From Paragordius varius (lineage: Eukaryota; Animalia; Nematomorpha): a stretch of DNA of 64,000 nt. The notes beneath the pieces were generated by a model that had not been told where the DNA came from, ran no database searches, and saw nothing but the letters and a program-made list of their open reading frames with translations. This document shows positions 25,031 through 38,513 of this stretch, piece after piece. The position numbers were made by a program, and so were the translations under genes. Positions within the stretch are counted from its first letter, which is position 1, and every line of letters begins with the position of its first letter. The stretch lies in the NCBI GenBank assembly GCA_964247055.1, contig OZ176055.1:2232001-2296000 (forward strand). Direction: 5' to 3'.

Positions 25031-28000
25031 CAAGGACATCATGTGATCTTTTAATTTCGCGAACACATATTGAGGTAGTTTTATACAGAGCTCAATCTTG
25101 TAAATAAACTATTCTAAGGTTATTAAATTATGATATATTTTTCTCCATTATATAAAAAAGCCTTTATTATTTGTCTTATGGTGTATAATATTTGTACAGC
25201 TCCAAAACTGAACTAAACAGAGCTTTTAAAATCAATATAATCAAGTTTGGTAAAGTGCAACCTTAAACTTTACTTAAGTTAATTTTTGGAATCCAAAAAA
25301 CATATATATGCCTATTGTATTAGCGATTCAAAAAATTTTAAGGAAAAAAATGCCTATAAAAAATTTTGAGAATAGAATTTTTTTACAATTTTACAATTTA
25401 GAATAATTTAATGTATGAAACTATGTCCACAAAAAAACCTGATGAAATATATATATTCTGACAAGAAAATATATCAGGATATCAAGGTGTTTTCGGTTTT
25501 GGTACTTACGAGTGATAATAAGAGTGTTATTTAAGCTTTTGTGGCAAGTGCTCCGTATCAACTAGCAAAGTTTGCTCAATTTTTTGTCAAAAATAATGAA
25601 GGTATATCAGATATTACATATAAAATGTAAATTATCAAAGATAATTTAATGTGCGCCGCGAAAGTCACAGTTTTTTCGCTCTCCTAAAATGCGCTAGTCA
25701 TCTTCAAATATACGCAAAAGATCGCCTGATAAATTTTTGCTAAATTTCGATATCAACTAAAAATATTTTTTAAAAAATGCATACTCTTTTCCAAAATTTA
25801 GCAAATATAGCGTATATATTTTAAGTCATAATGCAAACGGTTTATAAACGCTTTATGATATTATAAAAACACATTTTCTATATAAATTGATGCTGATCTA
25901 TCGCTTCAGAATTTTAGATTAAAGGTTCGTTGGCTTTCAAAATTGGGTGATTTTCGTAAAAAATTATATATATAATATACATTTGAAGACGAACACATAA
26001 AATTGGTTCAGCATCATTGAATTATATAGAAAAAGTGTTTTTGGATCTTAGAACGTACTTATACCGGCATCGCTTTATATAGTATAAAGTAAAAATTTTG
26101 CTAAAAATGTTTGTGAAAAGAGTATGCATTTTAAATTTTTAGTTATTATCAAAATTTAGAATATATTTAAACATGCAATACCGGCATTTTTTCGTTCCAA
26201 GCCAAGCAATATAATTTGGGATTTGAAATCAACATCTAGATTTTTTGAATTTTTTTATTTTCAGGTATAGTTTACGATATACTTAATAATATTTTTTGAA
26301 TTAAAGTTTCTAGCTTTCATAAAAAAAATATAAAAATGTGCGAAAATTTCATTTTATGATATAAAGCAATTACCACAAAAGTTTAAATAACTTTTATATC
26401 ACTTGTAGAGGCAAACCTACAGCAATTTAAAATTGATACATTTTCTTACCAGAATATATCTATTTAATTCGGTTATTTTTTTATACCTCCAATTTTTAAA
26501 GCAGTGTTATGCTCCGCCTAGAGAAAGCATAATTCTATATTCTGTCATTCGATAATACCTTAAATACTTATTGGGACATTTAAATTTCTGGGATACAAAA
26601 CTATAACAAAAGGTCATGAAAGTTAATCATAACGAGTGATTCAAATGTTCAGCATCATCAATTTATATAGAAAAAATAGTTATCTAAAAGTGCTTTTTTA
26701 TGGCCTGAAATATTATTTGATGCTATTTAGAATATAATATTTGAAAAAAAACATCTATCATATTTAGCATCCCTTAAAACAAGAAAAAAATGCGGTTCTT
26801 TCATTAGTGAGTACCCTGTTATGCTTCAAAACATAATTCGCTTCACCAAAATTTTGCTTTGAATTATTTAATCTTTCGAATGGTAGTTAGTAATTTGAAT
26901 CAATCTGAATTAAAAGTTATTTGTCTTTATATGATCAAAATTTCAACCCATATATATAGAAATACAGACAAACTTTATCATATGAATTATTTTAGTATGA
27001 GCATGATTAGGCTTAAAATAGTATAATTTAAAATCTTTAAAAAATCTTTTTATCAAAAGTATTTTACTTAGCGGATGCTATGCATAGTTATCTGTAAATT
27101 TATTACATAATCTTAAAGATCAAAAATTCCTTAAACTATATAGTCTTAAATTTAAAATTATAAACCTTCCTAACAATTAATATTGATGAGATAGTAATTT
27201 AAAAAAACAAAAAATTAAAAAGGGCTGTTTTGAATGACATAAAAAACCTTTTTATGTTATCTTTTTTAGACATTCACTGCCATTTAAACAAAATTTGAAT
27301 CCATTAGTTTTAAAAAAATAAACAAAGAAACGCTCTTCCTTCGCGGTTTGTCGCTTCCTAGCTCCAATATTAACTCTCGATGTGAATTAGTATGCATTTC
27401 TCGAATAATATATTACAAATGGGCATTAATTTATATTTTTTAAAAAAAATATTTTTAAGTCAAATTTAAGAATCAAATTATGAGAATTAGGTAGAATAAA
27501 TTTTGATTTAGATTTACTGTTAAATAATATAAAATATCCAAAAATGAAAAATCGAGTGAGAGAATAAGTTTTTGTCTAGTATTATTCAATGACCTTATTT
27601 TATTTTTTTATCTTTTTTACAAATTTAAAATTTTTGATATAAATTAACAGACTTGCATAATTTAACAAGATTTAACCAGCAAGCCACTAATCATAGAATG
27701 ACATAGCCAACTAACACAATATAAGACTATATATTTAAAAAATTATCCGGCCAAGAAATTTTATATAAATTTATATATGATATTAAGCCATCTAATTAAT
27801 GATAAATGTGCTTATGCCTACCAAATGAAACTAGTTTTATTATCATATTAAAAAAACTATTCTCTATATAAATATAATTAACATTGTTTATTCAATGCTA
27901 ATTGGATCCTAAAAAAAGAATTCGTGTATTATCCATACTCTCTTAATATCTATCTATTTAGCTAAACAAATAATTTTAACAAAATTTCTGCTATCAGGAT

Positions 28001-28147
28001 CAATATAATGTCCCATTACGTGAGCTATTATATTTTAGACCTTATACAAGACAATGATAAAAGTACAAGACGGCGGGAAAAGATAAAGCCGGTGCTATAC
28101 ATGATATTTGGAATTTCCCATAAACATTAAAAAAATGATATATCTAA

Positions 28148-28649
28148 CAGTTCGATTTAAATTGGGTATCCAAATACCCCAGACTAAATTTAATCAAAAA
28201 CTACTGAAGAAAACGGCTCAATTTAAATTTATGCTTTAATCTTAATAAAAATTATATAAATATGCCAAAATATCTAAATAAATTTTTTTTAAAAAAAATT
28301 TCCATATCAAACTACTTCGACGCCATTTTTATTTTACAAAATTTTTGCAAATAATTATATCTAACATCAATAGAAATAGAAAAAGCGGTTTATTTTGTAA
28401 TAACATTAATTTTACCATTTCACACACGTCACTTTGACGAAATTTTTACCTTTCGGTTTTGGCTTTAAAAAAGCAATATCAAATATTTTTGGATAAATAT
28501 TTTTATATATTTCGGTTTAATGTTATATAAGTGAAAAATTTTGCCATGATTTCGATTCCTTCCATACTTTTTAAAGAATTTAATTTAAAACAGGCCTGGG
28601 GTAGGCAATTTGAATCGAAGGACTAAAATAAATGTGTTGTATCTAAGTG
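28148..28649 (+). mobile_element. Family A copy
   Basis: Colinear with the reference copy, with small deletions; ends GTATCTAAGTG|TTAA. Confidence 0.8.
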
Positions 28650-28936
28650 TTAAAAGATGCTGACACCTCTGCTGCAAGCCAACGCACTACTACAATGCAA
28701 ACTGTTATATTATTAAAAAAGTGTTTTTAAATTATAAATGGCGCTTTCCGCACCCAAGAAAAGTTTATAATAAATACGTTCAAAAGGAGACCAAATAAAA
28801 AAATGTTTAAATCGATATTACAGTTTAATTGAATTTAAATAGGTGATGTTAATTTGAGTTCGATTTTGGATTAAAATAATTTAATGTAAAAATCAATAAG
28901 GTAAAAGAACCCAATAAAAAACATATGTTGTATATG

Positions 28937-30542
28937 CACTCTTTGCAAAAAATCTTTACACTTGGATACAACACATTTATTTCAATCATTCGATGCAAAT
29001 TAAGGTATGGATACCCCAGGCCTGTTAAAAATTAAAATTTTATTATATGGAAAGAATTGAAGCTATGGCAAAAGTTTGCACCTATATAAGATAAATGATC
29101 CGAAATATAGAATTCATTCGAAAATGCCTAATATTACTTATTTGGTAAAACTTAAAGGTAAAATTAAAGACAACATGACATTTGTGCAAATGCTAATATA
29201 AATAATAAAATTAAATTTTTTTTGTTTATATCAATGTTAAATATGATAATTAAAAAAGAAATTAAGTTTAGGCTTATCAAATAAAAACGATATTATGCAA
29301 AAATATTGTAAAATAAAAATGGCGTTTAAATAGTTTGATACGCTTTTTTTCAAAACCAAATTTTATTTAATTATTTCGGCCGTTTAAATTTGTACTAAAA
29401 TAGACGCATAAATGTAAATTGAGACCGTTGTTCAATAATTTTTTTAAAATATCAACTTATATATAGTCCGGGTTATTTTGATATCTTAATTTGAATCGAA
29501 GTGTTTACAAATTTTTTTTATTATATACTAGCGAATTTAATTGCCACAAAATTTTTTTTCCACCTTGTTTTTAAAATATTGAGAAAATCGAAAATAGTCA
29601 AATTATAAAAATTAACGATAATTAAAATAATAATAAAAAAATTGAAATAAATTTTATTATCATTTTAACGGATATTTACATTTTATAAATAGAAAATCAT
29701 ATAATTTAGTTTTTTTTATTAAAATATCAAAAAATCATGTTATTCTTTAACATATTTAATTTACAAAAAATATTTATGAACTGTATTTAAATAATTTTTA
29801 AAATTAGTTAGTAGCTAAATTCGCTATTATATTTTATCCAAAATAACTTATATATATTAATGAAATTGATAAATTATTTTTTCACTCTCTGTCATCTGAT
29901 TTATGAATGATAATTTTACTGTTTTATTTTGAATCAGGAACTGGAATGCAAACTATATAAATAAATACAAAAATTTACAAGTAGTGGAATAACTATAAAT
30001 GCATAAACAAACTTGTTGGTGAGATTAGGATTAATGGTTGATTTCACTACTTTTAAATTGTATTTAAAATATACTTTGTAATTCCAGCTCATGTAAGATT
30101 CCAAAATAAAACAGCAAATTTATACACTTATAAACGACATGACAAAATGAACAAATAAAACAATTTATTTATATTTTGATATTATAAAATATGAACGTTA
30201 AGATTTTATTAGTCAGTTTAGCTTGAAAAAACTAAAATGAACTCAGAAAAAAATTATATTAGGTATGTAAGGAAAAATACGATTTTATCTGACTTTCAAT
30301 AAAAACCGTAACGACATGATTCTACGCTAATAAAATGTATATAAATAACTAATAAAATAATTACAAATCTTAATATCTCAAGTTTTATCATTAATTGATT
30401 ACGCTTATTACCCTTAAGTTTTTTCTTGCCCAATTTCGATTTTCTCCCATTATTACAAAAGTGCACTAAATAAATTTGCGGCAAATAAAAATTCGCTGGT
30501 TATAAGCTATCTCAAAAAAATGTCATTTTTTTGCGCACAGTC
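28937..30542. mobile_element. Foldback family H copy carrying a nested family A insertion
   Basis: Ends CACTCTTTGCAAAAAA and TTTTTTGCGCACAGT. The interior matches the 42836-44024 element, including its palindrome centre. Family A occupies 28959-29503. Confidence 0.65.
28959..29503 (-). mobile_element. Family A copy, inverted
   Basis: Starts CACTTGGATACAACAC and ends GAATCGAAGTG. Confidence 0.8.
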
Positions 30543-30573
30543 TTTTATTAAAGTCTATATATATATATATATA

Positions 30574-33500
30574 CAGTATGCATTTTAATGTATGTTAAGT
30601 AATTTTATTGCCTGCCAAATAACATAAATGGTTTATCAAAAGCGTAAAATACTGACCCACGAAATTATTTCGTAGTACACATATGAAAGAAGATTGACGT
30701 GAGAATTAACATAGGCTTTAATTTGATGGATATTTTGTAATGTTAAATTTTGAGAATATTATAGCAATTTATGTTAACATTTGTAATATTGTTGTTACGT
30801 ATTTAGATGCGGAATTTTGTGGGTTTTTATCTTTGATAAATTAATAAATAGTAAAATACGTATTTTAAGATATTTTATGTTAATTATTCTTATTAATAAT
30901 AAATATTTTTCAACATGCTAAATACCTGTATTAATCAATATTAGTATTATAATTTTATATACGTGTTATTACTAATAACACAGGTAAATATATATTTGTG
31001 AAAATTTAAATAGATTTTAGATTTTTGACTTTTATGTTTTGCATTATTTTTATCAGGTAAAAATTGCGGTTTTTAATAAATTTCCTAAAAATTTAGTTTT
31101 TTATGTTTTTTAGGTTTTGCATTGTTAGTTGTAAATAATTACTACATATTTTGGACATTATAATAAATAGAGGTAAAAATTGCGGTTTTTAATATATTTC
31201 CTAAAAATTTATTTTATGTTTTTTAGGTTTTGCATTGTTAGTTGTAAATAATTACTACATATTTTGGACATTATAATAAATAGAGGTAAAAATTGCGGTT
31301 TTTAACAAATTTAGTAAAAATTTAGTTTTTTTTGTTTTTTAGGTTTTGCATTGTTAATTGTAATTAATTACTACATATTTTGGACATTATAATAAATACA
31401 GGTAAAAATTGTGGTTTTTAATAAATTTAGTAAAAATTTAACATTTTTGTGTTTTGTATCATTGTTATTTGTTATTAATTAAAATATTTTGAAAATTTTA
31501 ATAAATACAGGTGAAAATTGCGGTTTTTAATAAAAGTAAAAATTTAACATTTTTGTGTTTTGTATCATTGTTATTTGTTATTAATTAATAGATATTTTGT
31601 AAATTTTAATAAATACAGGTGAAAATGGCGGTTTTTAATAACGAGTAAAATTTCTAATTTTTTGTTCAACGTTGCTAATTTATTAAATATATTTTTTTAA
31701 ATTTTTAAGAAAATGATTTTTTTTGTTTTACATTGATAACCAATATATTAAATATAGTTAACATATTCCAGCATACAGGTAAAAATGGATGTTACGGTTT
31801 TAGGTTTGACATTTTAATTTCAAATCCAACCATGTATATTTTAACAAACACCTTATGTCACCAAAGATTGAAAATAAGATCAAGATATATAAAACATCTT
31901 GTAAAGTATCTGAATATCGCCAAATATAAATAAATTTATTTAAATTATAAATGTGTAATTATAAAAATATTCATAATATTATGTTTGAAATTAGCTTCTT
32001 CTTATTGATATTAATACAGGTAATTCGTTTCTAATATTGATAAACGATGAGTGTGTGTTCATGATAATCATAGCCAAAAATTAAATGTAGATAATCCTGA
32101 AAATTTCAATCACCATCATTTTCTGGGTATATTCTATCAACTAAAATATAAGATAGAAAGGTATTTTTAATATATTAGAAAATTGATACCTGGATTATAT
32201 AAGTATTTTTAACATAATTTTAAATATTGAGGGCTAAACATTCAATTAAAAGGGAACTAAATAAGGTTGACGTGGCTTTTTAACAACCAAATTTTCAAAA
32301 AAATATTTTCTTCATGATAAAAAATTCTAAAATAATATTTTTGTTTTTGCGTTTTTGTTCTATCATCCTAAACTATAATGAAAAACTATTCTTCACCAAA
32401 GCAAACAATGTTAGTGTTGCCTGCTTAGTTTTGGAAGTGCTGTTGCATTAGCTTTTGAAAAAAAAATTTTTTCTATTTTCTATTTGACGTCATTGTTTCA
32501 TATTTATAGTTTGGGATGGTAGAACGAAATATCATTTTTGAATTTTTTATCATGAAGAAAATATTTTTTTGCAAATTTAGTTGTTAAAAAGCCAAGTCAA
32601 CCTTATTTTGTTCCCTTTCAAACTTTGAATGTTTTAGCCCTCAATATTTAAAATTATGTTGAAAATACTTATATAATCCAGGTATCAATTTTCTAATATA
32701 TTAAAAATACCTTTCTATCTTATATTTTAGTTGATAGAATACACCCAGAAAATGATGGTGATTGAAATTTTCAGGATTATCTACATTTAATTTTTGGCTA
32801 TGAATATAATGAACGCACACCGCATCGTTTATCAATATTAGAAACGAATTACCTGTATTAATATCAATAAGAAGAAGCTAATTTCAAACATAATATTATG
32901 AATATTTTTATAATTACACATTTATAATTTAAATAAATTTATTTATATTTGGCGATATTCAGATACTTTACAAGATGTTTTATATATCTTGATCTTATTT
33001 TCAATCTTTGGTGACATAAGTTGTTTGTTAAAATATACATAGTTGGATTTGAAATTAAAATGTCAAACCTAAAACCATAACATCCATTTTTACCTTGCTG
33101 GAATATGTTAACTATATTTAATATATTGGTTATCAATGTAAAACAAAAAAAATTTAAAAAACCGCAAATCATAGTAATTTTTACCTGTATATATCAATGT
33201 ATCAAAAATATATTTAATAAATTAGCAACGTTGAACAAAAAAATAGAAATTTCATTCGTTATTAAAAACCGCCATTTTCACCTGTATTTATTAAAATTTC
33301 CAAAATATTTTAATTAACAACAAATAACATGATACAAAACACAAAAATGTTAAATTTTTACTAAATTTATTAAAAATCACAATTTTTACCTGTATTTATT
33401 ATAATGTCCAAAATATGTAGTAATTAATTACAATTAACAATGCAAAACCTAAAAAACAAAAAAAACTAAATTTTTACTAAATTTGTTAAAAACCGCAATT

Positions 33501-34335
33501 TTTACCTCTATTTATTATAATGTCCAAAATTTGTAGTAATTATTTACAACTAACAATGCAAAACCTAAAAAAACAAAAAAAAACTAAATTTTTAGTAAAT
33601 TTATTAAAAACCGCAATTTTTACCTCTATTTATTATAATGTCCAAAATATACAGTAATTATTTACAACTAACAATGCAAAACCTAAAAAAACAAAAAACT
33701 AAATTTTTAGTAAAAATTTATTAAAAACCGCAATTTTTACCTCTATTTATTATAATGTCAATATGTAGTAATTATTTACAACTAACAATGCAAAACCTAA
33801 AAAACATAAAAAACTAAATTTTTAGGAAATTTATTAAAAACCGCAATTTTTACCTGATAAAAATAATGCAAAACATAAAAGTCAAAAATCTAAAATCTAT
33901 TTAAATTTTCACAAATATATATTTACCTGTGTTATTAGTAATAACACGTATATAAAATTATAATACTAATATTGATTAATACAGGTATTTAGCATGTTGA
34001 AAAATATTTATTATTAATAAGAATAATTAACATAAAATATCTTAATATACGTATTTTACTATTTATTAATTTATCAAAGATAAAAACCCACAAAATTCCG
34101 CATCTAAATACGTAACAACAATATTACAAATGTTAACATAAATTGCTATAATATTCTCAAAATTTAACATTACAAAATATCCATCAAATTATAAAGCCTA
34201 TGTTAATTCTCACGTCAATCTTCTTTCATATGTGTACTACGAAATAATTTCGTGGGTCAGTATTTTACGCTTTTGATAAACCATTTATGTTATTTGGCAG
34301 GCAATAAAATTACTTAACATACATTAAAATGCATA

Positions 34336-34338
<3 letters not shown>
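30574..34338. mobile_element. 3.8 kb foldback element (family E) with arms of about 1.8 kb and internal 108-116 bp tandem arrays
   Basis: CAGTATGCATTTTAATG at 30574 and its reverse complement ending at 34338. Arms 30574-~32385 and ~32495-34338 are near-mirror images around a spacer of about 110 bp. Both ends abut (TA)n. The terminal sequence is shared with family F MITEs. Confidence 0.9.

Positions 34339-34373
<35 letters not shown>
34339..34373. repeat. (TA)n microsatellite
   Basis: Direct observation; abuts the right end of element E. Confidence 0.95.
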
Positions 34374-34376
<3 letters not shown>

Positions 34377-34619
34377 TTCCTCTCTCTTTTTTACGTAAGA
34401 TGTTTCAAAATCAAAGGGGCTATTTTGAATTGATTTTTTTAAAGATTTTAGTCTAAATTATATATGTTTAATGATAATTTTAAATTATTGATTGCATATT
34501 AAGATTTTAGTTTGTGTGACTCAGACTGTCAACAGCATAATCTTATGCATTTCCACTTTTTGAAAAATTATATGTAAATTAAAAAATTTAGTTGGATTTT
34601 GTATTTATAATCAACTATA

Positions 34620-34625
34620 TTTATT
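34620..34625 (-). promoter_or_regulatory. Candidate polyadenylation signal AATAAA of the microexon gene
   Basis: AATAAA on the minus strand about 30 nt downstream of the predicted stop at 34654. Weak on its own in AT-rich DNA. Confidence 0.4.
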
Positions 34626-34653
34626 ATGATTTAATAAGTAATAATTACAAGGA

Positions 34654-37024
34654 TTATATATTTGTTTTTGACATATCTGACGACAAATAATTTAATTCAC
34701 GATAGGCATCCAGAATCTATATAAAATATATATTATAAAATATATATCAATAAAAGAGAACCAAGTAATCTGTTTTCCAGAAATAACATACCGATTCCTC
34801 AGCATCTAGGATAAATAAAAAATTGTATTAAAATTTTTTTTTTACTTTATGCAACAAATGTTTTTTTTCGGGCCGGCTTAACACAATGTTGAACTTTATT
34901 TATAAAATAGCTAAAATAATTGTTTCGATTCTAAAAAGATGCACCATATTTCCTGTTTGGTCAGAATCAAAAAATTGTGCTTTTATGTCATAGGGGGGGA
35001 TGTTTATATATATTGGTAATTAAACAAAAACATCTTTATTTAATACTAAAAAATATATGGAAAATTTCAAATTAATACATAACTTTTTACATCAAAGTTA
35101 AAGGACATAAAATGTGTTAGATGTCAATTTTTATCGCAAAAATATCGAGATTTCTCGACAAATTTACAAATATTTACCTAACCATATTATAACTAACCAT
35201 AGAAGCCTGTACTTTATGTTTTTAATATAGTTTTTAATTAGATGCAGTAGAGTAAATTAAAGTGCTTTTCTCGAGTATACATTTATTTAGGTTGGCCTAT
35301 ATATAAAATAACTCAAGATGCCAATTAGGCTTTATATTATATTTTAATATTTATACCATTCAGTCAAAAGGAAATCTTTTTTACGCAATTTTTTTTTCAA
35401 CCGAACGTAACATTTTAACGGTGTTAAAAACGGGTTGCTTAATGGTATATATAAAAAATTATTCTGCTACAGAAATAGTAGGGTTTACTCAAAGTCGACA
35501 GATACAATTTTTCTGTAGTGCATTTTATAGGAAAAATGTTTTATATACCATTTGCACTTCAAGGTCCTTAAACACTTCAAGTTGGTTCCTGAACACTTCA
35601 AGTTGGCCCTTGATCATTTAAACTCGGTCCTTTGACTTTTTTTGTTTTGTTTTGATTTTATCAATCAAATCTTATATCATTCATCTATCATATCGTTTTT
35701 AACCTATTTTCAGTAAATTAACATAAAACTTACATCAATATCAACTTTTAATCATTAAACCATATATCTTTATTATTTCTTGAAATTATTTTAGATATTT
35801 ATAAATTTTTAACACGTGAAAAAATAAGTTTTTTGGCTTATTATTTAAAATTTTCAACTAAAAACATCTAGAGTCATTAATTTTGTTAAATTGGAAAATA
35901 TAGTTTGAGACAAAAATGTGTTTTTTGAATAAAAATTTATCTTTTTAAATGAATAAATATATAATAAATAAAGAAAATTAGGTTAAATAATAAAAAATAA
36001 ACATGCAAAAATTATGGTTAAATCAAATTAAAAAATTTTAACGACAAACTTGAAGTAAGGACCAATTTGAAAAGTTCAAGGACCTAAAAGTGTTCAAGGA
36101 CACTCTTAGAGTGAATGGTATATTATTAAAAGAGTAAACATGTTAAAAATAAAGTTTAAAAATATGTGTTTTTAAAATATATTAAAAATGATATTGGTAT
36201 TCATGCATATTGTTAGATGTAGAGAGATTATTTTGTCAAGAAATCTCAATATTTTTCTAAAAGCGTTAATACATATTTTGCCTCTCCTCAACAATTTTGA
36301 GGTCCAATGCAAAAAATGTTAGAGTTAATATGTTTTGCTACAATTCCATATATTTTATTGTAACACCCATAGATAATTTTTATTCCGTGAATAATATTTT
36401 ACACCATTTAATGTTGCAGGAAAAAGGTGATTCTCACCAAATGTGGATATATGGCGATATTTTTTAAGATTAAAAAAAATTATACATCAACAGGTATAAG
36501 CTGGTCATAAAATTTAAAAATCATTTATAAATACTGCTATAAACTAAACTTACCAGCCAATTCCTCTTCAATGGCGCCTGACATATTTTAATAAAAATTT
36601 ATTAATATTTTTATTGAGAATTTATGTAATAATATAGTATGCATTTTAATGGTTGCCTCACACTATAGTAAAGCAATTTGCAAAATAAGAGTTTACGAAA
36701 AAAAGAAGGGAAATTTTTATTTAACACTTGGATACAACACATTCATTTTAGTCCTTCGATTCAAATTGGGGTAGTTAAATACCCCCTGTTGAAAATTTAG
36801 TCTGTGGTATTTAGATACCCCAAAAATCAAAGTGTTAATATTTTGATTGCTTTACATTGTTGCTTGTGAAAAAGCAACCATTAAATTGCATATTGTAATT
36901 AAATGACATATTTCCAAAATTACATTGTGTAAAATTGTTTTTAAAATGGCAGTAGTCAAAAAAATTTCACGCCAAATGGATTTTTAAAAAAACTAGTATG
37001 GTTACCTCCCTCTCCTTCAGCTAT

Positions 37025-37060
<36 letters not shown>

Positions 37061-38439
37061 TGCATTACATAATAAAAAAATCTTTTTATCAAAAAACCAT
37101 TTTAACAAATTAAAAAATATTTCTTATCGAGATAATATAAGTTCTATCCCTTAAGATGCTATAATTAATTAATTAATATGTTAAAGTTTTATGAATAATT
37201 TATAATTCTATTAGTGAGGATTAAATGGGTATTATTTGATAAAAATTAAAAAAATTAAATTCATAAATATAAACGTAATTTACCAATTCCCTGTATGACA
37301 TCTAAAAATGCACAATAAATAATATTTATATATTTAAAATTTGTAAATTTCAAAAAAAAAATTTCGCTAACCCTATTTGTAAAAAACAATTTATTTAAAA
37401 GCAATGTACATTTAACAGGATAAAATAGACTAAACTTAAAATGGAGTTTCATAATTATTACTAAAAAAAGTTAAACTAGTCTATGTTTATTTCATATTTT
37501 AAGTTGAATTTATTTTATAAATTATTATTATACTTAAACACAATTTGTCATTTATTAAGGCAGTTTTTACAATAGTCGTAGATTAAAATAGAAGATATAA
37601 GGAGACTTCGATTCGACAATCCAAAAACTAAGTTGTTAAAATTAAATTTGCTATTTTGCTCATGTTTTAATAATGTGTACAATTTTTCTTTGCGGGAGCA
37701 AATTAAATTAATGTTTCTTTTGATGAGGTAAAGTTTGAATTAGCATATATATAAAGGAAAACTAAGTTGCTACGCCAGTCATCAGTTATATGTGATCAAG
37801 TTAATCAAATGTTATAAGTACTGGGTGCATGTAATTTACAATATTAAATTTTATTGAAAAAATTGATGGTATTGTTAGACTCGTGCTACTCGTTCATTAT
37901 TTGTTGCAAGATAGATAGCAGACAACAATGAGCATTATAGAGTCATGTATCCTTTATTTAAAAAAAATTTTTTTCGTTAAATGGGAAATATCTGGTAAAT
38001 AATGGAAAAAACAAGAGCTTTATGGTAATTATTAACTTTTTTGATGAATATGATATTGTTAATACCATAGAGCTCTTGATTTTTCCATTCTTTAACAAAT
38101 TTTTATACCCAATTTACGAAAGGAAATAAATTTTTGATAAAATAAAGGATACATGACTGTAAAAGGGTTAATAGTTATTATATTCGCTTTTTACTGCTAA
38201 TATTTTGTCTGCTTATGTTATTTGGCAATACAAATAAGCAAATGTATATTTACTAATACTGTAATAGTGATCCCCTATGATGAATCAATTATATTTATAT
38301 ATCGGATTTGAACCCATAAATCTTAAGTGAAGGGAATGATAAAAAGATAAATGTTTATACCTTGAATATTGATGGCTAAAATATTTGTTAAATATAAATA
38401 ATAATACCTCCTCCGATCTCTAGAGCCACAGAAATATAT

Positions 38440-38513
<74 letters not shown>

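Noticed and set aside
25540-26700. Recurrent degenerate repeat fragments (also near 20100-20330, 51940-52130 and 56280-56480)
   Set aside because: Probably another old element family, but I could not define ends or a TSD, so it is not listed as a feature.
25510-27373. Further minus-strand exon candidates (27373-27332, 26459-26450, about 25536-25511)
   Set aside because: They lie beyond the predicted terminal exon and polyadenylation signal of the microexon gene, partly within repeats, and cannot be distinguished from chance.
31733-33317. Near-identical ORFs on opposite strands (31733-31933 and 32939-33172)
   Set aside because: They are mirror products of the palindromic arms of element E, with non-ATG starts and AT-biased composition.
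35198-35512. Extra microexon candidates 35512-35489 (24 nt) and 35206-35198 (9 nt); also 41730-41710 and several 3-nt candidates
   Set aside because: They fit phase 1 but have weaker splice sites or lie in repeat-like DNA. Excluded from the model pending RNA data.
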